64,000 nucleotides of DNA, from assembly GCA_030324005.1 (NCBI GenBank), contig JARDVH010000025.1:72955791-73019790 (forward strand). The letters run 5' to 3'. The DNA comes from Negaprion brevirostris (taxonomy: Eukaryota). How positions within the stretch are numbered: the first letter of the stretch is position 1; each line of letters begins with the position of its first letter. A program made the position numbers and the translations under genes. Below, piece after piece: positions 1 to 13,543 of this stretch. The notes beneath the pieces are model-generated. The model did no database searches, was not told where the DNA came from, and worked only from the letters and a program-made list of their open reading frames with translations.

Positions 1-1511
1 CTGCAGAGAGAACAAGTTCTGCATGATACTTCTCCCAAGTGAGAACAGACCTCCTCCATGCTCCTTGACAAGGAAGATGCATGGCAGACCAAGCAATGCA
101 CACAGCATCTTGGTGTGCATGCCCGCTACACTCTCCTGTATGCTGCCACATCAGGGCCCTCATTTAACTCCTGTGTAGAACTTCCCTGTAACCTCACCCA
201 CCTCACCTAGCGTACTCTTACATCATTTTACATCATTTACCTTGGCGTGGCTGAAGCCCAGTCATGCCCGAATGACTCAAGACATACTATATCCAACATG
301 GTACTAGCCTCCAAGTTCCATGCAGTGAGATTATGGTTGCAAATGCTCTGTCTCATCTTCCTTGGTCTGCTCTGACCAAACAGGTGGCAGTTCTAGAGTG
401 ACAGTGGTTAGTCAAAAGAAGTCAAAAGGACAGTGGTGGGGTTGGTAGGATGGGGGATGGATGGAAATCAAAGAATCCGTGGCCACATCATCAGCAGCTT
501 GATCATTATGCCAAATAGAAGAATGTGAATGAGCTGGGAATTGAAAAAAGGCATGAGGCTGGAACATATCACCATGCTCAAAATCCTCAGTTATGCCAGA
601 TGGTACGGCCTCATCATAGCTGGTCTCATAAGGCTGATAGCCATCTCCCCTACGGCCTCAAGATCTGTAGGTGTCCTTGTCTCGGCTGGTTCCATTCTGC
701 TCCTTTCTATTATGTGCTATTTTGCAGGGCCCGAGAAAGGCAGGTGCATACAATGCCAGAGACCAGGGCCCGGGATAGGAGGTGCCCAGGGACCTTTTTG
801 TAAGTGGGGCTTCTTGTTGATCCGCAGCCCAGACAGTTGGAGCCAGAGTTGCAGACCAGAAGAACTGACTTTCAAAAACAATCAAACCTTCAGGCTGAGT
901 TCTAGTTTTTTTTATATAAAGCTGGTCCGTCAGGTGTCAGGTCAATTTCACCTCATTGCTTCTGCCGCTGCTGCTTCTGTAGCTTGGTGGTTTCAATTCG
1001 TTTTTTTGAAAAGCCTGCCAGAAAAACTATGAAGGTGGCCACGGGTCAGCAGTAGCGAAACAACTGAAAATATCCTTGGTTGAAAATGGTAAACCAAATC
1101 TCTATTTTAGAGCCAATTGGATGTGGAGGTGGGCGGGGGGGTGGGGGGAGTGGAATATGGTAAGGGAAATTTGGGGCTGCTGTAAGTATATAGGAAGGTC
1201 AGGGAGGATGCTGGAGAGGTGCGGGGTCAAAGTTGGACTTTGGAGATGAGGGAAGCAGATTAGGGGCTTTGGAGGGGTGGGGGAACAGGTTGTGGGGTTG
1301 TTGGAGGGGTGGAGAAGGTTGGCTTGTTGGAAGGGTGGGTAACAGGGCTGGTCTGGCAAGCATCATTTTCTTTTTACTGTTGGGGTTTCTTATTCATGGA
1401 TTACACTTTTTACATGAGGCTGTAAATTCAGTGTACAACACATTTGTATGACAATTTCCCAGAAAAGGGCAAACAATCCAGTTCTTGCATTAAAGCCAGA
1501 ACAAATTTATG

Positions 1512-3045
1512 TACAAAGAACAAAGAGTACAGCACAGGAACAGGCCCTTTGGCCCTTCAAGCCTGAACTGATCATGATGCCCCAACTAAAAAAAATCTTC
1601 TGCCCTTATTCGGTCTGTATACCTCTATTTTGTCCCTATTCATGTACCCATCAAGATGCCTCTTAAATGTTGATAATGTGTATACTTCCATTACATTCTC
1701 TGACAGCGCATTCCAGGCACCCTCTCTGCATGAAAAGCCTCCCTTAAACTTTCCCCCTCTCACCTTGAACCTGTGCCCCCTTGTAATTGATACTTCCACC
1801 CTGGGAAAAAGCCTCTGCCCATCCACCCTGTCGCTCATAATTTTGCAGACCTCCATCAGGTCTCCCATCAGCCTCTACGTTTTCAGTGAAAACAATCCTG
1901 GTTTATTCAACCTCTCCTCGTAGCCAACACCCTCGAGGCCAGGCAACATTCTGGTGAATCTTCTTTACACTCTTTCCAAAGCTTCCATGTCCTTCTGCTA
2001 ATGTGGTGACCAAAACTACACGCAATACTCCAAATGCAGCCTAACCAAGGTTTTATATAGCTACAACATGATTGCCCAGTTCCTATACTCAATGCCCTGG
2101 CTGTTGAAGGCAAGCATGCCATATGTTTTCTTAGTCACGTTGGCCACCCATGTTGCCACTTTTAGGGAATTGTGGACCTGCATGCCCAGATCCCTATGTA
2201 ATGTTAATGTTCCTAAGGGTTCTATCATTTACAGTATAATTCATACCAAATTTAATCATCCAAAATGAATTATCTCACATTTGTCTGGATTAAACTCAAT
2301 TTGCCATTTCTGTGCCCAAGTCTCCAATTTATCTATATCCTGTTGTATCTTCTGATAATCCTCAGCAACTCCACCAATCTTTGTGTCATCTGCAATCTTA
2401 ATAACCAGACCACCCACATTTTCTTCCGGATCATTTGTATATACAACAGACATCAGAGGTCCAAGCACTGATTCCTGTGGAACACCACCACTACAGACTT
2501 TCATTCTGAAAAACACCCTTCTGCTCTGGGTTCTATAAACCAGCCAATTCTCTATCCATCTAGCCAGCCCACCCTGAATCCCATGTGATTTTAGTCTTTG
2601 TACCGTCTGCCATAAGGGATCTAGTCAAACGCCTGACTAAAAGCCATATAAACTACATCCACAGCCCTTCCCTCATCAATTTTCTTTGTCACCTCTTCAA
2701 AACACTCAATCACGTTGGTGAGACATGACTTTCCCCATTCAATACCATGCTGCATGTCACTAATTTATTCATTTTCCTCCACATGTGCACATATCTGTCC
2801 TTCTGTATCGTCTCCAAAAGCTTTCTTACCATTGATATCAGGCTCACTGGCCTATAATATGTTGGATTATCCCTGCTTCCTTTCTTAAACAAGGGAACAA
2901 CATAGGCAAGGTAGTCCTCTGGAATCTTGCCTGTGGTCAAAGGGGATGTGAAGATATGAAGATATCTGTTAAGGCCCAAGCTTTTTCTCCCCTTGCCTCC
3001 CGCAGTAACCTGGGATAGATCCCATTTGTCCCATGAACTTGTCTA
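1512..3045 (-). mobile_element. CR1 LINE fossil (RT domain plus 3' end), degenerate
   Basis: ORF fragments VVPLFKKGSRDNPTYYRPVSL, GVPQESVLGP...ADDTKIGG, LFPRVEVSITRGHRFKVRG; short tandem 3' tail near 1512. Confidence 0.9.
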
Positions 3046-3300
3046 GGCTGAAATGAGGAGGAATTTCTTCACTCAGAAGGTTGAGTCTTTGGAATTCCTT
3101 GCCACAGAGAGCTGTGGGGGCAGAGCCCTTGTGTATATTTAAGACTTAGAAAGATAGATTTTTGATCAGTTAGGGAATCAAGGGTTACGGGGAAAGGGCA
3201 GCAAAGCGGATGCAAGGAGTATCAGATCAGCCATGTTCTTAATGAATAGCAAAGTAGGGTCAAGGGGTTGAACGGCCTACCCCTGTTCCTATTTCTTATT
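3046..3300 (+). mobile_element. CR1 LINE 3' end fragment
   Basis: GAGGAGGAATTTCTTCACTCAGAAGG...GGAATTCCTTGCCACAGAGAGCTGTGG...CCTATTTCTTAT, typical CR1 3' end. Confidence 0.8.
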
Positions 3301-3427
3301 GTTTCCTACTCAACTCCAAGTAGAGTTTCAAATCCCAGGGAAAAGGATCGATTATCCAGGACATAACGTGGCTGCTCAAGCAGGGAGATGAAGCTGGAAA
3401 TTTGATGGAACTGATAAAAGGAGAAGA

Positions 3428-3745
3428 CTTGATTTGATTTATTGTCACGTGTTGACATACAGTGAAAAGTATTGTTTCTTGCGCGCTATACAGACAAAGC
3501 ATACCATTCATAAAGGAAAAGAAAGGGTGCAGAATGTAGTGTTATAGTTGGGTGTAGAGAAANNNNNNNNNNTCTTGAGTCGGTTGGTACGTGACCTCAG
3601 ACTTTTGTATCTTTTTCCCGAAGGAAGGAGGTGGAAGAGAGAACGTCCGGGGTGCGTGGGGTCCTTGAGTATGCTAGCTGCTCCTCTGAGGCAGCGGGAA
3701 GTGCTGCCTCAGAGTCAATGCATGGGAAGGTGGTTTGCCAAGATG
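3428..3745 (-). mobile_element. Rex1/Babar-like LINE 3' end
   Basis: Reverse-complement match to the 3' part of the element at 60971-61566 and to 63755-63910. Confidence 0.7.
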
Positions 3746-4180
3746 CCAAGGATAGGCCACAAAGGATAAGCATGGAAAAACAAGGATTGATAAAACAGCT
3801 TCTACCTTAATTTTGTATCTTCAGAACAATTCACAACCGCAAACACATTAATTTGTCTTTCATCGTACAATCTCTGGATTTGGGAAACCTGAGCTTGGCA
3901 TTTGCTGTCCACCATTTCTCACATGATCTCTACAAGTCTTGGTGATGGGATAATATGTTGGCCTGATCTTGTCACCTTGATTTTTCAACGAATAAAATGT
4001 CCTGGAATGTGGGGCAATTTGGAAGGTGCACATTATTGGCAAAATCAAACCAGTCACCCATCATCGACCCATTGATTTTGACAGTAAGGAGGGCCATGAG
4101 TGACATACAACTTCATACACCTCCAAAGTTACATTACTGTCCCCCTCCGTCTGTTCTGCCACATTTTCCCTCAGATGTTA

Positions 4181-4321
<141 letters not shown>

Positions 4322-4803
4322 TCAGCAACACCCTCACGTTCAATATTCCCAACGCAGCCACAAGGGAAAGGAAAAGGCAGAAGCAAAGCAGTCTGCAATA
4401 CTGCCATCTCTTAACTCGATAAAGAACGTATTATTAGGAATTTACTGCAGTAAAGGCAGTTCTGACTATTCTAATTTCAAGAAGGGCTAAACGCTCTCAC
4501 GTACTTGAATAAGAAAGCCTAAAATCTGGTCAGGGCACAAAACGGAATCAAACATTGTACAATTTCTCAACACATTTTACACAATATGCTTTCAAAATTG
4601 TCTCAGAATATGATCAAAAACAACAAAAAGAACAAAGAACAGCCCAGCACGGGAAACAGGCCCTTCGGCCCAATGAGCCCGCGCCGCCGCATCCTCCTAC
4701 ACCNNNNNNNNNNNNNNNNNNNNNNNNNNNNNNNNNNNNNNNNNNNNNNNNNNNNNNNNNNNNNNNNNNNNNNNNNNNNNNNNNNNNNNNNNNNNNNNNN
4801 NNN

Positions 4804-5546
4804 TCATACTTCTTCCTTTTATATATTAACATCCTCAAGAGCATTCACATACCTATCTCTGACCTCAACCTCCATCATGTCCTTCTCCTTTGTGAATACT
4901 GATACAAAGTATTTATTAAAGATTTCACTCACTTCCTGTGGTTCCACACATAACTTCCATCCATTGTCCTTGGGTGGGCCTACTCTTTCTCTTGCTCCTA
5001 AAAATGCTTAAAAAGCCTTCGGATTCTTCTTGACCCTGTTTGTTAAAGATATGTCATGGCTCCTTTTGGCCCACCTAATTCCACATGTAAGGTCCTTCCT
5101 ATGTTCATGTATTCCTTAAGGGCTTCATCAGTTTTTAAATGGCTGAACCTATTGTACACTTCCTTTTTCATTATGACTAAGTTTACAATTTCTCGTTATC
5201 CGTGGTTCCCAAATCCTATCATTTCTATCCTTCATTTTTGCGTGGAAGTGCCTGCCCTGCACTTCAATCAACTGGCCTTTAAGTGCCTCCCTCACGTCAG
5301 AAGTGGATTTGCCCTCAAATAGCCACACCCAATCTACATTCCCCAGTTCCTATCTAATTTGCATGTAATTAGCCCTCCCCAATTAAGCATCCTCACCCAA
5401 GGGCCACTCTTGTCTGTATTCGTGACTACCCAAAATCTTATGGAATAATGGTCACGAAACCCAAAATGCTCCCCCAGTGAAATATCGATCACCTGGCCTG
5501 GCTCATTCCCCAATGCCAAGTCAAGTATGGCCCCCTCCCTGTTGGA
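4804..5546 (-). mobile_element. CR1 LINE fragment (endonuclease/linker region)
   Basis: ORF 5334..5519 LGNEPGQVIDISLGEHFGFRDHYSIRF; CR1-type tail at about 4625-4703 on the other side of the gap. Confidence 0.8.
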
Positions 5547-6277
5547 TTGTCAACAGACTGTATCATACTGCACTTTGTATAATTTTTCTCTGAAAAATTT
5601 GTGCCAGGGTTTTAACCTACTGTACATTTTTCCTAAGCAACTAGTAGATGTCTTATTCACAAATCCTGAGGATAGCATCATTAGTGCAAAAGGAGCAGAT
5701 GCCATGTATGGTATATTGTGAGTTGGTGCCAGTGAAGCCAGAATGGTATGGTTGTATTAGCTGCAGAGTTGAAGTGTTTTGTCAATGTAGTGATTTATTT
5801 ATAGCCACTTTCTTAGCATCAGTTGATTGCCCTGTGATCAATTATCCTTAGAGAATCAGCATTGGGCCTTCACTTTCGCCATTGCTATAGTCACTTTGCT
5901 GACTACATGCAGGTGTAATACAAAAGACAAAACTTACATTATACAACGGATTTCACAATATCTCAAATCACTTTGCAGCCAGTTAAATACTTATGAATTG
6001 TGGTCATTGGTGTAATGTAAGCAATGTTATCAAATGGCAGAGCAGACTTGAGAGGTTGAATGGCTTACGCCTGCTCCTATTACATGTTTGTATATCAATC
6101 TAGATGGATGAGATGAACTGGGTTGGATGCTCTTTGTCATCTATAATTATTTTGTGAACAGAGAATAGAATCATGGCTGGAGTTCTGTTTATTAAGTTTA
6201 CTGTGAGCAGGTTTTGTGGGTGAAATTGCTAGGACAGGAACATGTAATGGGTTCACAGTGAATCAATAATCTGTTTT

Positions 6278-6601
6278 ATCATAAATCATAGAGGCCCTTC
6301 AGCCCATCGAGTCTACACCGACCACAATCCCACCAAGGCCCTACCCCAATATCCCCACATATTTTACCCACTAATCCCTCTAACTAAGCATCTCAGGACA
6401 CTAAGGGGCAATTTAGCATAACCAATCAACCTAACCCGCACATCTTTGGATTGTGGGAGGAAACTGGAGCACCCGGAGGAAACCACACAGACACGAGGAG
6501 AATGTGCAAACTCCACACAGACAGTGACTCAAGCTGGGAATCAAACCCAGGTCCCTGGAGTGTGAAGCAGCAGTGCTAACCACTGTGCTACCATGCCACC
6601 C
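6278..6601 (-). mobile_element. HE1-like tRNA-derived SINE, near full length, CR1-type tail
   Basis: Head GGCATGGTAGCACAGTGGTTAGCACTGCTGC...GGGTTTGATTCCC (A/B boxes) and V-domain TGTGGAGTTTGCACATTCTCC...GGTGCTCCAGTTTCCTCCCACA. Confidence 0.88.
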
Positions 6602-9514
6602 ACAATTCTTTAGAGTCTTTTCCATCGACTTCAATTTTGTTCTTTTGTCAACCTATCTCTTATTCCATTCCATCTTGGTACTTCAATGAGATTTGTAAGT
6701 TATTTAAATATTTAAATANNNNNNNNNNNNNNNNNNNNNNNNNNNNNNNNNNNNNNNNNNNNNNNNNNNNNNNNNNNNNNNNNNNNNNNNNNNNNNNNNN
6801 NNNNNNNNNNNNNNNNNNCTTATTGCCGTTCCTGAATGCACGGGATGATCCCTGCAATTGCTGCATACTATCAGAAAAGGGTCTGATATTCAAGACACCC
6901 GGACTCTGTCAGCAACACTCCCCCATGTCAGAGAAAGATGTGCGTTTATATAGCACCTATCACATCCTCAGGACACACCAGAGGGATTCCTGAAGTCAGG
7001 TCACTGTTGTGAGGACGGAAAATTTGAGCACAGCAAGATCCCAGCTGCAGCAATGAGTTAACAACCAGACAACGGCCGAGAGTTTCCAGTCCTGCGTGCA
7101 GTGGGAAGCACTGCAGCGGGAATGGAAAATTTGGAGGGCATCCAAAGGTCCTGCCCGATTTTTTTTTTAAGTTGTGTAAGGTGTGTCAGGCACAGCTCCC
7201 CTGAAATAGTCAGGTGAGATCATTCACATCCACCTCAGATGAGACAAGGGAAGGAATTCTCTGGTCTTGGACACTCTGCTACTGCTGCCAGTGAGAACAG
7301 AGAATTTCGCACTCAGCCAAACAGCAGGCTGGAGAATCTCCGCTGTGGGCGAGGTCAGAGAATTCCAGCCATGGTCTTGTAATTTACAACCTATCCATTT
7401 AATGTAGTTCAAAGCTCCTAATGACATTGTTGTAATGTTTTTATGATTTTAAACATTTTGGAAAAGAATTCCTCCCCATCAGCAGTTAAGGTGAAGCGAT
7501 TAGCAGATTGGAACTATCAGAATCCATAGTGGCAATTTACCATCAATAAAGTGAGTGACCAATGTTACAAGGATGGCTAGAACAGAAGTTAATTTGTTGT
7601 TTATACATTTCAAGAGCAAGTTAGAAATTATTGTAAATTTATCAATCTGTTTGATATTACATTAATTTGTCTGCTAATTTATTACTTGAGCCATGGTCTG
7701 AGGCATATGTGTAAGTTTTCCATCTGCTAATTTCAAGGAAATCAATGGTAACTTATGCTTGCTTAGAACAGTTATGCCTAATGACCAGTACTCCAGCATT
7801 TGTAATTTCAACGGATCCATTGTCTATGAGCTGTTATGACATCTGAACCCATTATGAATGCTTGGTTGAATTTCAAAAGTTAGAAAACTATTTATCTTAG
7901 GTGGGGGCTGTATAGACATTTTAAATGACATTTTTAAGAGGTTATTAAAGGGTTAGCTGACTTGGATGCAGCTTGTGAAATAGAGTTTGTTTATTTTTAC
8001 AACAGATTAACTGTGTGGGCATTAATGAGGTGAGAAGTGATGGTCTGAGGACCTGACATTAATTATTAAAACGGGGCTGATGTCCCAGTGAATGAAAGCT
8101 GCCATTCTAGACTGCCAGCTGGCCATTTGTCTGACTTTATTGGCAACTTGGGTCTGCCTCCAGAGATCGTGGGCTGAATTTTATTTTGCCCCTGTCTCCG
8201 CAGAATAAAAATATGGCAGGTCTGCCAAATCTGAATGTTTCTTCATTCAAACTCTCTGCATCCTCCATGCAAGTCAAGCCTGTTGTTGCATGCATGGTGA
8301 CTAAGATGGGAACTAAATATTCTGGTGGATGGAGTTCACATTTTGAATAAAACCCAGAAAAAATAAAAGGTGATGGTGATGGGTGAATCATGATAAAAAA
8401 AGGATGTAAGGGATGAGGGGCTGGGGAGAGGGTGTTCCCTCAGGATTCAGGGGTGTGGGAGGAGATACTTGAGAGGGTTGGCGGACTGGGGATTTGCTGT
8501 GGTTCTGCACAACAGTTATCCAGAAGTTGGGATTAATTCTAATCCCTCTAACTTTATCTGTTGATGTAACACTGTTGGAACCATCCAAATTTGTGATTTC
8601 TGTTCTATTTTCAGATTGATTCTAATGCAGGACAACTTCCACACAAACCTTATCTGGGCACGTGAGGGAAGGTGGTGTTCCCTAGTGTATGTTTGGGGTA
8701 CCCCCACCCCATCACAGCTACAGGGCACAGGAGCTTGGAAATTGCAGCCCCAAACCAACAGTAGGGTGCACATTTGAAACAGGAACTTTTATATTTCCTC
8801 ATTTGAGTGTGCATCTCCCCTCATCTTAAGTTATTGTGCAATTTCTCATGAACTATGTGTCTGTAAATAGCAAACCCTAGCCCAACATATCAGTCCTTTC
8901 CAGCTGTACCACCCCCCCTCAACAAAAGAAAACCCAGTAAAAGTTGGGAAATGACTGGCACTGGTTCAAACTGGAATTCCATTCCAAGGTTTAAGACTAG
9001 TTTGGATCATGGGCCAAGTTTCATTGTTTTTTTAAATTGAGCCAAAAGCGAAGAAAAAGAGGCAAAGTATTTTGCTTACATATTCATGGATCAAACTATA
9101 TATATTTTGTCCCAGATTCCTGATTCATACTTAATAATTCCTTCATATAAATGTATCTACAATACTCAAAACTTTTCAACACTCATGCTTCAATGTGAAT
9201 GAGGAATGTTGCACCACTGTATTAATATTACAAAACCACTATGTTTATGCTCTAATTTATTGACAGACATGGGTTTGTGACCTTGGGAAGGCAGAGAGCT
9301 ACTTTTACTTAAAATGGGAAGAAAAAGTTGCAATATCACTTGGCATGTTGCTAAGCGGCTAAATAAAGGGCTGCCAGAGGTTTGGAAGTAGGCCTCTTGT
9401 CAACCATGTAAAGTAAGTACATTAGTGACATACAGTGGCAACTAACCAGTACTGCACAAAGCACACCATTTTTTTTTAAATTATCTACATAAAAACAAAT
9501 AACCACTCTGTAGA

Positions 9515-10568
9515 GTCATGGGACTTTACAATCTTTTAAACCTCATCACAATTTTGGGACAATGTCTTTCAATTTAAATGTAAAAATGAGGGGGTGGTCT
9601 TGATCTGTTCTGCAATCTGCCTGATAATAGGTGTGGATCGTTTGATTGTTGGAGATCAAAGGAAGGCTCAGATTGTTTTACAGGGATGCCAGAAGTGTTG
9701 AGAATATTAGATTGTAAGCAATTGCTCTTTAAAATTGCCTATTTCGTTCCAAGATGAGAGAAGGTGGACTCCCAAGGAAAGCGAATTAGCATTTCTACCA
9801 AGATACAAGGCCCATACAAATCACAGGGAGGAAGCGACTGTGAGACTGAGGTTACAGACTTTGCTAGATTATCACCTTGTCTGCCAGGATCCAGGGAGAG
9901 GGAGCAGCTGGAAGTCACAATGTTCCTCTGATTCACCATGCATGAATGTAGATGGGAACTTCCACTCATGATAAAGCTCAAATTTGTGGAGGCTTAAAAA
10001 GGAGGAAGAGTTGCCTAGCTTGAACAAGAGGGAAAATCTCAGGGAAAAGAAAATCTCACTGTGAAAGACAGTTCTAAGATTGTAATTTTCCAGGCTGAGA
10101 AAAAAAAACAGGAATAAATNNNNNNNNNNNNNNNNNNNNNNNNNNNNNNNNNNNNNNNNNNNNNNNNNNNNNNNNNNNNNNNNNNNNNNNNNNNNNNNNN
10201 NNNNNNNNNNNNNNNNNNNATCCACCGGCTCTCCTCTATCCACCGCCCTAGACACATCCTCATAGAACTCCAATAAGTTTGTCAGACACGACTTCCGCTT
10301 AACGAAACCGTGCTGCGTCTGCTCTATCAAGCAATTCCCCTCAGTGTAACATGTACCTGTACTGTATTTTTTCAGTTCAGCTAAGAAGGGAGTATTCCTT
10401 CTGTGGTTTAAAATATAAATTCCCTATTAAGAAAGTGTATAGTTAATAGCTTTTTTGTCATTTGTTGCAGTAAATTTCTTAAAACATGAAATCCTGACAT
10501 AATTCTTTCAGCTATTAACTGGAAGTTAATTCTTTTTAAACATTATTGGTTTCCAAGGGGATCATAAT
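9515..10568 (+). mobile_element. Possible solo LTR, interrupted by a gap and a CR1 fragment (about 10220-10345, minus)
   Basis: Ends ...TTGGTTTCCAAGGGGATCATAATA, resembling shark LTR termini from memory; CR1 peptide QHGFVKRKSCLTNLLEFYEDV in ORF 9872..10330. No TSD verified. Confidence 0.35.
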
Positions 10569-10819
10569 AGTATGATAATGCTAAACAAGTAGTGTCTATT
10601 TGCCTGACATGTACTACATAGCCTAATGCAGATAATTTAGGCACACATTAACATAATACCTCAGTTTGTGCAGATGAATTGCTAGAATTTAACAATCAAG
10701 ATTTCTGGTGTTTGATATCAATTTTCTTTAGTTTAGTTTTAGGAATGTTCTTCCTGAGACCTTCATTATAATTAAATCTCTAAACTTGAAAATGGAAATT
10801 AGACAGAAAACTCTCCACT

Positions 10820-11445
10820 GGTTGGAGTAATTCCGAGCACAAAGGAAGATGGTTGTGGTTTTTGGAGGCCAGACATCTCAATCCCAGGGGATCACTATAG
10901 GAATTCCTCAGGATAGAGTCCATGGCCCAATCTCTGCAACTGCTTCATCAGTGGTCTTTCCTTCATCATAAGATGATAAGTGGGATTGTTCACTGATGAG
11001 CACAATGTTCAGTATGACTTGCGACTCCTCAGATACTGAAGCAGTCTGTCTGAGCCTGCTTGGAACAGGACCTGAACAACATTGAGGTTTGAGCTGATAT
11101 GTGGCAAGTAACATTCATGCTATACAAGTGCCAGTCAATAACCATCTCCAACAAGATCTCCTCTTGCCATTCAACAACATAATTGCCAAATCCCATAATA
11201 TTAGCACCCTGGGGGGTTAGCATTGACCAGAACCTGAATGAGACAAGTGACATACATTCTGTTGCTACAAGAGCAGGTTAAAGGCTTATCATTTTGAGGT
11301 GAGTAATTCAGCTCCTGACTCTGCAAAGACTACAGCCATTTACTAGGAACATGTGAGAAACTTGACTGATTATGCCTCCCTTCCTTTGCCTAGATGAGTG
11401 CAATTCCAACAATACTTGAGAAGCCTAATATCATCCAGGACAAAG
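10820..11445 (+). mobile_element. Degenerate non-LTR retrotransposon RT fragment (CR1/L2-related)
   Basis: GGAATTCCTCAGGATAGAGTCCATGGCCCA resembles a decayed GVPQGSVLGP motif, followed by TTCACTGATGA (FADD-like). Confidence 0.65.
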
Positions 11446-12554
11446 AATTTTCCAGACTTATAAAATTCTTGGGCATTCAGACCACATCCTGGTCCCAACC
11501 AAGCCTGTGTCAACCTGTGGCACAACCTTAGGGAAGGAAGTCCATTGCTGGGCTCCCATGTTTGCCTTGCAATTAGGATCAGCAGGCACAAGACTGGATC
11601 AGAAGCACAACTCAGAGCACTATGTATACAGAGATATCAGCATCCTGTGCATGTATCCATCTACCTGCCCACAGCAATGATTATTATCCCATTTTTGAGG
11701 GAGTCAATGTTCCACACAGCTGCTCAGTAGCCTCTCTTACTACTCCCAGAGAAATAATTTACTCATGAAAAACAATTTGTTCTGAATATCTTTAGTCTGT
11801 TTTGGGCTTCCAGTTTATTTATGTTGAAATTAGTTTCATTTGAGTATCGCTGCTGAGGGTTCAGTTTGTCGAATCTGCTTGTCAGAGAGAGTTCAGAGTG
11901 AGATTCTGAACCCTCTCCTGCAAGCAGATTCACAGATGGTGCCAACAAGTGGCAAATTACTGCAGGTACCCTATATTTATCATTCAGTGTTACTTTTCAC
12001 TTTTCTCGCCATTTTATCGATTGTAGACTATAACTAGCTAAGGTTTAGGCTGTGTATTATAAGTTGGTCTAGTCCTATATGCCATATCTAAAAACCAAAA
12101 TGATCTGAAATCCAAAACATGATCAGCTCCGAGGATTTTGATAACAAGACACTTGATCTTTAAAATTAAATTATAGTTACTCTTAAGGACAAATGATTCA
12201 AAATACCATAGAGTTCAAAATGAAATACTACTGGCTACCAGCATTAATACTTTTCACTTTAAAATCTTGGTTTACAGAGATTTGGGGACGCAAATGATTA
12301 ATACCTAGAAAACAAACTTTAAAAATGAAATAGCCAGCATATTTTCTCCGAGCCCCTGCACCTTAAAATTTCTCACAACACCACTGATTCCAGTTAGTCC
12401 TTCTGAGNNNNNNNNNNNNNNNNNNNNNNNNNNNNNNNNNNNNNNNNNNNNNNNNNNNNNNNNNNNNNNNNNNNNNNNNNNNNNNNNNNNNNNNNNNNNN
12501 NNNNNNNCTGCTGAGCGTTGCCATTTTGTGGCAATATAGCATAAATGCTACTGT

Positions 12555-13130
12555 AGAAAGACTACACCTGGAGTATTGTACCCAAGTTTGGTCGCCTGAC
12601 TCAGGGGGCGGGGGGGTGGTGTGGTGTGGTGGTGGTGGTGGTGGTGATGTAATTGCATCGGAGACAATTCAGAGAAGGTTCAATAGATTGATTGCAGAGA
12701 TAAGGTCTTGTCTTGAGAGATTGCACAGTTTAGACTCTCGAGAGCTTAGAAGAATGAGGGGAGATCTAATTGAGGTATACAAGATGATAAAGGGAATTGG
12801 CATGGTAGACATAGAAAGGATGTTTCTTCTTGTGGGGTAATCTAAAATGAGAGGTCATAGTTTTAGGATAAGGGGTGACAATTTTAAAACAGATTAGGAG
12901 GAATTATTTTTTCAAAGGATTATGAATCTGTGGAATTCACTGCCTCAGAGAGCAGTTGAGTAACTTCAAGGAGATAGACAGATTTTTAATTAGTAAAGGG
13001 TTGAAGGGTTATGAATAACAGGCAGGAAAGTGGAGTTGAGGCCAAGACAAGATCAGCCATGATCGTATTAAATGGCAGAGCAAGCTCAAGGGACTGCATT
13101 GCCTACTCCTGCTCCTCGTTCTTCTGTTCA
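12555..13130 (+). mobile_element. CR1 LINE 3' portion with an internal G/(GGT)n tract at 12604-12646
   Basis: ORF 12526..12840 LHLEYCTQVWSP...RRMRGDLIEVYKMIKG. Confidence 0.85.
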
Positions 13131-13280
13131 ATATCTCCTATTTAAAGGTTGCACAGTAAACTCTCCATAAACTCTGCTTGGCCATTCATTATGCATATCA
13201 CTTGATTTTTCTTTCCAATGATCGCAGCAATCCGTAAGATTGCTGTTGATTTTACTCCTCGCTACCTTGAATATGAAAAG

Positions 13281-13543
13281 TTTATTTATTAATTACAAGT
13301 AAGGCTTACATTAACAGTGCAATGATGTTACTGTGAAATTCCCCTAGTCGTCACACTCTGGCATCTATTTGGGTCAATGCACCTAACAAGCAAGTCTTTT
13401 AGACTGTGGGAGGAAACTGGAGCACCTGAAGGAAATCCACACAGACAGAGGGTGAACGTGCAAACTTCACACAGTGATCCACACCANNNNNNNNNNCTGG
13501 CGCTGTGAGGAAGCAGTGCTAACCACTGTGCCACTATGCCCCC
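13281..13543 (-). mobile_element. HE1-like SINE, alternative-tail subfamily
   Basis: tRNA head and V-domain; tail GACTAGGGGAATTTCACAGTAACATCATTGCACTGTTAATGTAAGCCTTACTTG. Confidence 0.85.

Noticed and set aside
525-1451. 167-aa ORF at 529-1032 and G-rich tract near 1130-1350
   Set aside because: No recognisable domain or splice structure; likely decayed repeat or low-complexity sequence. G-quadruplex potential is unremarkable.
5638-11965. Exon-like plus-strand segments (5638-5717, 8615-8661, 11834-11965) suggesting a convergent gene
   Set aside because: Splice-like borders are present, but the peptides are unrecognisable and the phases do not chain; RNA-seq or BLASTX would be needed.
12090-12160. 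Stretch resembling the end of a MER2/Tigger-type element
   Set aside because: Too short and diverged to support a call without an alignment.
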